64,000 nucleotides of DNA from assembly GCA_023213395.1 (NCBI GenBank), contig CM041465.1, positions 230,771,741 to 230,835,740 on the forward strand. Direction: 5' to 3'. Below the pieces are notes generated by a model. The model was not told the DNA's origin and searched no databases. It saw nothing but the letters and a program-made list of their open reading frames with translations. This DNA comes from Cycas panzhihuaensis. Taxonomy: Eukaryota; Plantae; Cycadophyta. The translations under genes were made by a program, and so were the position numbers. Below, piece after piece: positions 53,325-64,000 of this stretch (position 1 is the first letter of the stretch; each line of letters begins with the position of its first letter).

Positions 53325-56300
53325 TATTGGGACTAACCCCAATGTTATTAAAATGACTATGCACCTTGGGCCCCTCAAAGCCACCTTTGAGGTCCCTAGG
53401 GCACCTAAAGCCTCCCAATAGCCACCAAGAGCTAATGCTTCTTTATTAATATACTCGTATTCATTTATTATTATTATTTTTTAAAAATATTTTGAATTAT
53501 ATATTGGCTAACATGCAGGTTGGGTGATGGCACTTGCTGCCTCCCCAAAATTCTATTTAAAGGGTGGGAATACCTCCCTAGTGTTTTTTAACACCATCAA
53601 TATTCTAAAATCCCTTATTTTCTCAAAATGCATATGATCTAATGTCCTGCTCTGCTCCTCTAAATCCATCAAAAAATAGAAATTTTGTCACAATTTATAA
53701 CCTTTCTTTTAGGTCAACTTGCTTATATAATAAAGTTTTAGCCATTTCTTATCTTAAATTAGATTTTTTGTAGAATTGGCTTGTTATTTTCTTGCTTATC
53801 GTAATTCATAATAAAGTATAAACCCTTCCTTACATTGCTCACGTTGTGGCATATCCACCATTCATTATATTCCATAAAAAAACTTAAAATTTGAATACCA
53901 TATCAAAAAATTAGTTAGTTCATCACCCACCATGTAAATAGTGGCAAATATCCTAGCCTACATGAACAATCACATTAGTGGCCTTTTCTTCATTTGTAAT
54001 TTATATCTCTATACATGCTTTATTAAAGACATTCTAGATTGATTGCATACAAATGAGGTCTTCTCTTTCCCTTCATCATTCTTTGGAAGGTGGGGCCTCC
54101 AATCAAACTTACAATGCAAAATATTCATAAGTACCCAGTGCCATATTAAATTCTTTCAAATTTTAATTAAACTTAGAAACTATCCTAGGATATTAATGTT
54201 TTTTTATCTTCCTAGTTAAACTATATGATTCCTTATCATTGTTCTTGAGATTGGATGGTGTTATATAATTACCCCATGAAAATTTAGCTTTTGACATCCT
54301 TCATGTTGTCCAAGCATAACAAGTCCTCACCAACAATTCTTTACTTCAATATGATATGTAGCACACCTTAAGCAAGAGGCTCCAACTCTACCATAGTCTT
54401 CAAGTTATATATGAATTAACATCACATTTAACCTCGACCATTAAACACTGAGATTATGCTCCAACATTCTTTGTAATAGACCTAAGAAACAATAGATACT
54501 ATTTATCCCATAATAGCTTATGCCTACCAATATTCTTGTTTGTTAACTTTTTATCAAGAAAAACAAATTTAGCCAACCATAAGGAAATGATACCAAGAAG
54601 GATCATTAGGGTAATAGACTGCCATAAAACTAACAAGCTATTAATTATGAAATAATGTGGAGAATTCTTACTAGAAATCTTGTGTTTAGAGATCTATTTA
54701 TTATTCATTTCAATCTAAGTTAATTATGAAAAAGATGACTATAATTCTTAGTGTAGTTAATTTTGTGAATTATGAATAATTCAGGAGAACACTTTGATAA
54801 AGTGCAAGAGAATAGATTAGATCAATCCTACGTTTGGAAGAATTTGGTCCTCTTTAGTACCTAACCTTTTTTATTTATGTTGATAAACACATGTGCATCT
54901 TTCCATGATATTCAATTCTAAATTGAGGAACAAGTTTAAATTTGTAGTAGAATTTAAGTTATGTCTACACATAGCTTTTAAATAGTCTCGTATCTCTTAA
55001 TGGGCTACCCCATGTAGATCTTCCTCATTGAAAACTATAATCTAATAATCTATAGGGACTAACATTAGCTCATGATTTCTATAACCTCTCCTTAATCAAA
55101 CCACATCATTACAAAGGATGGTCTTATGTTGGATGGATTACATAGTAAATTATTCTTTATAATAACAAGCAAGATTTCTTCCTTTCCAAATCCTTCTCTA
55201 ATTTAGGTAATCAATTTATCAAGGAGAAGGCTAAGATCATTATTGGTATATTTGCATGTCAGTTAGAAAATTCACGTATCACTATTCAAAAATATCAATC
55301 AATAGATAGTTAGTATGAGTAATATATGGAATATTACAATTATAAGAGGATGGAACAACATCTTTAAACTTTTAGCATTAAGCTAGAGATTCTATTTTTA
55401 CAACCTATGTGAAGAGTAAATAATTGATGAGATAGGGTAAATATTAAAAGGTTAAATATAAGCACCCAATATAATTCACCATATTGACAGATTTTAAGGT
55501 ATTGTTTAATGGAAATTAGGTATATCTTATTCTACTTTATCAATAAACTATAAGATAACAACTAACCAACAAGAAGTTTTTTGTTGCCTTCATAAAATCA
55601 CTTGATAATTCATAGAAACATAAAAAATAAATTCTTTCATAAGTGAAAATATTTATTTTCTTTTGGATTCACAAACACTCTATAGTAAGGTTTCTATGTT
55701 TAGGAATAATGTGTTTAGAAAATGCATCCTTTTACAAGTATCATTTGTTAAAAATAGTTTGATTTAATAAGACGTGCCAAATATCTTCTATCTCATCTTA
55801 TCAAAAGTTCATGATAGTAACGAGTATACTAAAGAAGTAAACAAACTCAATAAGGAGAAGTAGTCCAACAACTAGTAGTGGAGGTAAATAGATTTTGGAC
55901 CTTTAAAGAGGCTTAAACCTGCCATAATGATCCTTTCCAAATACTATATACTTCTTTTCCCTTGATGATGTATCAATAAAATAAAATACATATGAAAAAC
56001 AACTATAAATGAAATAATTTTAAAATCACACTATTGGCACACAAAATTTAAGATCATCAATATTCAATATTCTTTATATTACTCTACTAATATCTCTATC
56101 AAGTTGGAAGCATCATAATAAACTAAAATAAAATACATAATGGGCTTTATAGAAGGGAAGATATACTCACAGTAGTGTGTCATGTATGATTATTTTCATC
56201 TATTCTTCTCCATTCTTATCCTTTGGTCAAAAAAACCTCAAATATGGATTTCTTATATGTTTTGTTCCAAGATTCCACTCATATCCATAATAACCCTACA

Positions 56301-56900
56301 TTTAGCATTTTTTAAGGGAATAATTTCCATGTATTAAACCTAGTGCCTGACACACTTTTCACCTAACAAGAAGCCCAAGTTTTCAATCTAGATAAAGATC
56401 TTTAATATTGGAATCACCTCTATTTGGGAACCTCCTTCTAAGCTTTTCTTCTCCTCACCAATAATGATAGCTTATAACTAGGATTTTCAAAATAACTTTA
56501 TTCATAAAATAATTGCTTAGTGTAATCATAGCATTTTATAGGAATTAAATTTTGATCAAATGAAAAGAAAATGAATGACTATGAAAACTAAAACCCAATG
56601 TAGAATCTCATCCTGCCATCCATTTGTAATAGTATGAATCATCATTACATCCTCATTAACCCTTTTTCCTCCCACAATGACTTCGATTTCCTCTCTACCT
56701 TTAATGACAACAAAACTAAATGCAAAAATATCCTTCTCTAATTTGGCCTAATTGCCATGCCTTCTTGTTTCCTCAAAAGCTCATGTCCTAAACACCAAAA
56801 GCATCACCATTACACATATCAATCTACATTTCAACTTCTAGAATTTGCACATAGACGCAAATGAAAGAAATAGAGTAAAAGATAAATGGACATAAAAAAT

Positions 56901-57298
<398 letters not shown>

Positions 57299-57949
57299 AT
57301 CAACTAAATTAAGGACCATTTTTTAAGGCATAAAAAAATACAGAGGGCTCCAACCAAGAGAAGACCTCTATTAATATAATGGAAAAAATATATATATAAG
57401 TGAAGAAGGTGATGAGACCATTTAATTCATTATAGGTCCTTGTCATCAATCAAAGACTAATATAAATTTTAACTCTATTAACTGTATGGGACCCCACATG
57501 AAAAGGGATGTTACACAAATAACATAATTATATCAAATGGAAGAAACATCACTCCATGTAGCCTAGGTCACTAACATAATAGGTATTCTTAACATCAATA
57601 TAGACCTAGGCATAAATATATAAGCAAAAATATTGTTGCATCGATAAGACCATTCCATAAGGAAGCCTAAAGGGGTTAGAATACAAACTTGGATTTGCTA
57701 GATTAAGGAAGGTGGTAGGAATTTAAAGTTTTTCTTTTAATACTTAAATAAGAAGTAAGATAATAAGAAGATTAAGAATTTACTCACTCATAAAGGTAGT
57801 TCATATCTCTTAAGGAAATTTTCAAGGAATTTATTAAGTATTTTACTCAAGCATTGAAATATGAACTAGAATCTAAGGAAGTTGAGGAAACCTTAGATAA
57901 ATTTCTTAGATTAACCCTTTATAAAATTTTTGAGGCTTAGAGGGATAGT

Positions 57950-58379
57950 TATACGGTCAAAATCAGAATGCAGAAGGTTTCTAAAGTCATCTAATAAATG
58001 GATAATAAGAATAATGTTAAGCATAATAAGAATCATGTTAATTATAAAACCCATCTAAGAGGTTTCTTATTATCTATTGTAGTTAGCATATTTAATGTTA
58101 ATATTAATCAAGAATCTAGAAATATCATACTCAAGGGTGGTGATCTAGAATTTATTTCAAGTTAGAGACCAATTATAATCCTTAATGTATCTCATAAAAT
58201 CCTTGATAAGATTTTGGCAAAAGGCCTAAAGATGTCCTACCTAAAATTATCAAACTAGAGTAGACTAGGTTCCTTAAAGGATAATTTATTCATAACAATG
58301 TAATTAGTGTATATAAAGGAATAAATTGGGGCAAATCATTAGGTTAGGATACCCTTATTATAAAATTGGACTTTAAGAA
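57950..58379 (+). mobile_element. Old LINE RT fragment interrupted by Copia G
   Basis: KGGDLEFISS*RPIIILNVSHKILDKILAK...LPKII...FLKG*FIHNNV...IIKLDFK covers LINE RT domains 1-3. Confidence 0.75.
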
Positions 58380-61300
58380 TGAAGGAAGTGGCATTCAAGC
58401 CAAGTTCCACCTAGGTTCAAATCATAGGAAGTACTATATATATAAATAAATATGAGGAGGTTAAATTCCTTAAGCTTATAAACTCATTAATATTGATTTA
58501 TTCACTCATTAGAGTACATTCAGTTATTGTCTTATATATAAAAAAATTAATAGTTATGAGAGAGGTAAGAGAATATGAAGGCTTAATCATGCAAGGTGAT
58601 ATTTGGCTTATAATTTCAAGTTATAACTAACCACTAACATGATAATATAATACTTATAATGTACTTTATCACATTTATCACATTGAGTTGATAAAGTAAC
58701 TATATGTGAACTAATAAAGCATCATTAATTATTTTATCATCCTCCTTTAATAATGAGTTCATTAATTTAGATACCAAGTCCATGCTGCAATTATTTAAAC
58801 TTTTCACAATAAAGTGTTTTAGTAAAGATATCAGCAATTTATTCATCAGTCGACTTAGAAACTAAATCAATCTCATTATTTTAAACATGCTCCCTAGTGA
58901 AATAATGGTGAATCTCAATATGCTTTGTTTTTGCATGGAACATAAGATTCTTGGTTAATTTGATGACACTTTGATTGCTATAGAAGAGAGTAGTAGCTTG
59001 TATTTCATCAATATTAAGCTTGTTAAGAATCCTTCTAAGCTAGATAGCATCTATAGTTGTGCTAACAGTAACTTTGTGCTATGTTTCAATGGAGGATAAG
59101 GTGACATTTAAATGTATTTTACAACTCTAAGAAATAGAGGTAGAACCCAAATTAAAGTAGTATCCTAAGGTCAATTTATGACTCTCTTTGCAGCCAACCT
59201 AATCAATATCTGTGTAACTTACTAAAGAAGGATTGTCCACCTAATAGTAGTTAATTATAAACTAAATTAAACTCCAAAGATATCTTAGGATATGAATAAC
59301 TATTTTCCTATATGAAATCTCAAGTTAGGTCATAAACCTCAAATATATCCCAACCATATATAAAATATTAGGTTGAGTATATATGAGGTAAATTAATTTT
59401 CCCACAAGTTTCCTATACAAAGTGGGATCAATAGGTTTACCATGCTCATCAATATCTAGCTTAAGTTTAGTATCCATAGAGGTTAGCGATGGATTGCATT
59501 CCTCTATTCTAAATTTTTGAAGGATCTCCATTGTATATTTGGAATGTAAAAGGAAGATATGACTTGGATGTTACTAGACTTCCATGCTAAGAAAATAGTG
59601 AAGCAATCCAAAGTTAATATCAAAGCTACTATTTAATTTCCCTTGAAGGTATGAAAACCACTCTATGTCATTACCTATTATCAACAAATCATTAACATAT
59701 AGTATAACTAGAGTGATTAAATTATCATGGATTCTAATATATAAATTAGGATCTACAGAAGAGCATATAAATCCATGCTTTTGAAAGTGTACATCTATCT
59801 TTGCATACTAAGTATAAGGTGATTGCTTAAGACCATAAAGAGCATTCTTCAACTTACAGGCTAGATGCTCTTTTTCATGAATAATATAGCTAGGAGGTTG
59901 ATTTAGGTATACTTCCCCCTATAAGTTGCCATTTAAAAAGGCACTTTTCACATCCATCTAAAAAATGAGCTAATTAAATTGAGTTATTAATGCTAAAACA
60001 AGCCTAATAGTGGTTATGTTAGTAATAGGGGGTAAATATATCATCATAATCAAAGGCCTCAATCTACTTGAAACCTTTAGAAACTATTCATCTTTTGTAG
60101 CATTAAATGAAGCCATCTATATAAAATTTTATTTTGTAGATCCATTGATAATTAATTAGTTTCTTTCCATCAAGTAGCTGAACCAGCTCCCAAGTGTCAT
60201 TTTGTAAAATGGAATCCATCTTCTCATTCATGGTTATTTGTCACTTTGATTTATAACAACTTCTTCAAAAGTAGTAAGCTCAGGAGTTGATAAAACTTCT
60301 ACCATTAAGGCAAAGTTGGTGGATGACATATAATTAGATTACCTCGTAGTTTATTATGGACATGATGGAGCAGAAGGAAATATCTACAAGTACCATTTGG
60401 TAAGTTGCTTTGAAGTGACCTCTTCTTGAACATCTTTCAAGGGAATTATTGAAATAGATATTAAAGTAGAGGTAGGAGATGCAAACAAAGTACTAAGTAT
60501 ATGTGACATTGATGGAGGCAATTAAACTGCAAGAATATTCTATGTAGCAGGAGGTGGAATAGATGTTATTACAAGTTGTTCATCAAAGAATGAAAGTTGA
60601 GTCATGTCTAGGTCCTGGTTCTCTTCTAAAAAGATAACATCCCAAGATGTATATGTATGCTTAGAGGGTAGATCATAAAGTTTGTAGGCTTTATAACTAG
60701 GCTTGTAGCCAATGAAAATATATTTTCTTCTTTTATCATCCAATTTCTTTCTTTTCTCTTTCAATATAAGCATATACATTATACAACTAAAGGTGCACAA
60801 ATGTGAGATTATGGGTTTTTAACCTGACTAGGCCTCCTCAGGTCTATTATTCAAAATAGCCTTGGTTAGACTTTAATTTATAAGATAAATAATTATGTTA
60901 AGGGCTTCGACCCAAAATTAAAGTCCCAAAATTTTCACAGTAAGCATGGCTTTGCCTTTGCTAATCAAGCTCTAATTCATATGATCAATAACTCCATTTT
61001 GCTAAGGTGTGTAAGGGGAAGAGAACTACTATTTGATTTTATTATCCTTGCAAAACTAGATGAATTATCTAGAAGTGTATTCATTTCCATTATCATAATG
61101 AAGGATTTTTATTGGCTTTCTAGATTCCAATCCAATGCCATACTTAAATTTGCTAAAATTTTTAAGCACTTCTAATTTCTACTTCATGAAATAAACCTAA
61201 TTTTTTTAGGAATAATCATCAATAACTATAATAAAATATTGATAGTCATTGAAAGATGCTTGAGACATGGGTCCATAGATGTTAGAGTGAATAATACCTA

Positions 61301-64000
61301 ATGGTTTTTTAGCACATCAGGCTCTTCCATCTGGCCTAAATGGAGCCTAATAATATTTTCACATAACACAAGCCTCACAAATACATTTATTCTAATTAAT
61401 ATTTGGTATTCCATGTACCATATTCAATTTAAAAAGTAGATGAAGGTTATTCATATTTAAATGACCAAGGTATTGATTCCATAATTAGTCTTTTGGAAGT
61501 CTTTAAGAAATAAGTGCTTTTGAGCAAATTATTCATCAATATTTAAGGTGGAGGTTTTGTTGTTATAAGAGCCAATATCATTTTACAGGAACATAGATCT
61601 TGAAATTATATCAAGTTTGTACAATCCTTGTTCTTCATATCTAGAGGTAATCAATTACCTTTCAAATTAATAATTAAGAATCTCCTAAGGTGACTAAACA
61701 AGACATTAAATTTTACTTATTTATCTAGCTAACTGATAATAGATTATATGTTATGCTAGGGACATAGAAGACATTATTAAGGTGATGTCAGATATTAGAA
61801 TACTTTAGAGATATTAGAGCATTGTCGATCTTGGTAACCTTTAAAATGACATCATCGCTAAATATTATTGATTGGTCATATTTTGGCCTTGTATATATGA
61901 GTAGTTCCTTAAAACCTATCATGTGATAAGTGGTTCTAAAATCTATCAACTAGGAATTATCAGAATGATGTGTAGTTGATATAACAAAGAACAAGTTTTG
62001 TGAATTGGCCATATAGCCATCTTAATTCTAATTTTGTCTCTAGTTATGATTTCTATTTTGTTGATTGCCCTGAGGAGCATTATGGTTCTATGTCTTGGGT
62101 CCTTGATAATTACCACATCTATGATTCTAATTATCCCAAATTATAGGGTAGCTCAAGTACAATTATTATTACAATTCAACTCTCTTCTTCCTATAATTAG
62201 GTGCAATATATTCAAGTTTTTCACAATAGTGATAAATAATATGAGTTAGATATTGAGGTCATTGTTGACATTGCTAATATGGATGTTGGTTCAAATTCAT
62301 TAAAATAAATTACTAATTAAGGTGTGGACATTTTTGTTTCCCTCTATGTTATGTTGTAAAGGTAGGAGTAGAAGAAGAGACACCTGAATATCCTAATCTA
62401 TTTAGAATACATTCCTCTTGAACTAGAAGACCTTTAAAGGTGTTGAAATAAAGTGAGACAAGATGATTAGTATGAGACAGGTTGGATATAAAAGAATTAT
62501 ATCCACCTGGTAATATATTAATTATACAAGATATCAGGTGGTTATCCCATAATACTTAAGTAGTTCTTAATTTACTTAATCTGTGTTAGGTGCATTATAA
62601 TTGATCCTATAAATAGTATTGAGTAGAGTTGAGCTTTGAGTATGATAACTCTCGCATTGTTCTTCATTTCATACTACATATAAATTATGTTCCAAGCTTC
62701 AGTAGAAGTGGAGGTAAGTTCAATATTCTAGTCAACATTATCTTCATAGGAAATGTGTAGGAAAGAAATGATAACTTCATCAAATTCATTGAAAGAGGTG
62801 AAAGTAACAGGATCACTAGGAATGACAACGTCGGGATCATTACGATCTCAAGTATCTTTAGGCATAGGGATATTACAAAAAATATAAGCCTATAGTTTAT
62901 TTATTATCAGAATATTCTTGACTTATTTCTTCCAAGCTAAGAAATTATCACTACCTAATAGGGGGAGTGGCACTCCCCAACACCTTCAAGGGTCCTAACC
63001 ATTCCCCTTGTAGGACAGGTAACAAAGGATGGTTCAATTAGGAGATTATCTTTTTTAATCTTTAAAATATTTTAAAATTTTAATGATTTTATGATTAAAT
63101 TTTAAAATTTCTTTTATGTTTATAAAGAGAACTATATTAAAAAACTAGAAAACCCCCTAAAAAACTAAAAAAATAACCTAAAACAAATCAAAAAATGAGA
63201 TGAAAATAGCTTAAAATGGGCTAAAAATGATTTTTGAAAAGATTAGAAAATAAAAATTTAGGATGGACATAAATATTGAAAGGGGAATATTCTACAAATA
63301 TTCAAAAATATATATCCTATGGTTTTAAAAACTATAGGGAAAAAAAATAATGCAGTTCAAAAAATAGGGCAATTAAATGAGGGCACAAATGAGGAATTCT
63401 CTTCAATGAAGCTATGGAATCATAATCTAGAATTATATTTCATGTCTAGACATCATGAGGATCATAACAAATGGTCACACTATAATGTTTCATTGATCAT
63501 ATAATGAATGGTAGCTAAAAGAAGATGTGGAGGTTTCCCAAGTTCTTGCACCTGCAACTCATCAATGAATCAATCAATACTCGAAAATTAATCTCCTCTA
63601 CTAGTGTTTAAAGTAGCTAAATCACCTTTTAGTACAAAACTAAGCTATGATTATCCTCAAATATGCTCAATTTAGATAGAACTCTAAGACATAAACCCTT
63701 TTAACAATCTTCCTACTCTAGCAGCAAATAAGAGTCATATGCATCCTACACCTGAAGCCTTAGAGATAATAGATGTAAGTAGTTTTGATGAGTTATTATC
63801 AGTTAATTCTATGTCTTGAGATTAGCAAATGATAACAGTCATTCCTACAAGATATAGTCTTCTCTCTTGTAAGAATTCCTAGATTTTCTTAATAGGTTTG
63901 AGCTTTCCATTATCAATTGTCTTTCATAATAAGTAAAATGACTTCCTAAATTTTAAATCCACTGCTCATTGTCTTACTAAATAACGTGACTCACTAATTT
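58380..64000 (-). mobile_element. Decayed Ty1/Copia element G (3' LTR 58380-58739, PPT, pol, gag, leader running off the right edge)
   Basis: PPT AAAGGAGGA at ~58740-58749. RH ADIFTK, RT DPTLYRKLVGKLIYL and LYGLKQ, KNDTWELV, INT KLDDK...FIGY, gag PLLGSDNFLAWKK (~62935-62975). Confidence 0.9.
58750..63004 (-). pseudogene. gag-pol: Copia gag-pol of G, heavily disrupted
   Basis: ORF fragments 59325-59531 and 60540-60800 plus motif remnants in Copia order. Confidence 0.85.

Larger units (their letters stand above)
44641..53671 (+). mobile_element. Full-length decayed Ty1/Copia element D (9031 bp)
   Basis: LTRs 44641-44987 and 53325-53671; TSD AAAAA (empty site visible at ~24035-24050 in the other F LTR); PBS 44990-45001; PPT 53316-53324; gag-PR-INT-RT-RH order. 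Confidence 0.95.

Overview
This is an AT-rich (roughly 30% GC by eye) plant nuclear intergenic window, most likely gymnosperm, inferred from TE types and strong methyl-C deamination. It holds no intact host gene and is a stack of nested retrotransposons. From left to right: Copia H (1-3413, -) inserted in Copia I (3414-6950, -), which is inserted in a Gypsy remnant J (6951-10159, -). Next come two related non-autonomous mini-gag LTR elements, A (11024-14882, +, TSD TATTC) and B (15242-22618, -, TSD ACTAT). B carries a young 5'-truncated L1 LINE with RNase H (16969-20014, +) flanked by a 476-bp direct duplication. A Tat/Ogre-like Gypsy F with ~4-kb LTRs spans 23710-57646 (-). Its left LTR holds a third mini-gag element C (25965-35574, -, TSD ACTAC), itself holding Copia derivative E (30336-34854). 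Its right LTR holds a full-length decayed Copia D (44641-53671, +, TSD AAAAA). An old LINE fragment and Copia G (58380-64000, -) end the window. Three observations stand out. (i) Host gene fragments sit antisense in Copia leaders downstream of the PBS: the ERD2/KDEL receptor C-terminus in D and a SPARK-domain receptor kinase ectodomain in H. In D the fragment lies in a slot between conserved anchors whose content differs among relatives A, C and D. (ii) The LINE has a 476-bp target-site duplication. (iii) A, B and C share a frame-conserved gag/RNase-H-tail mini-ORF. All identifications come from manual reading and translation; no database searches were run.
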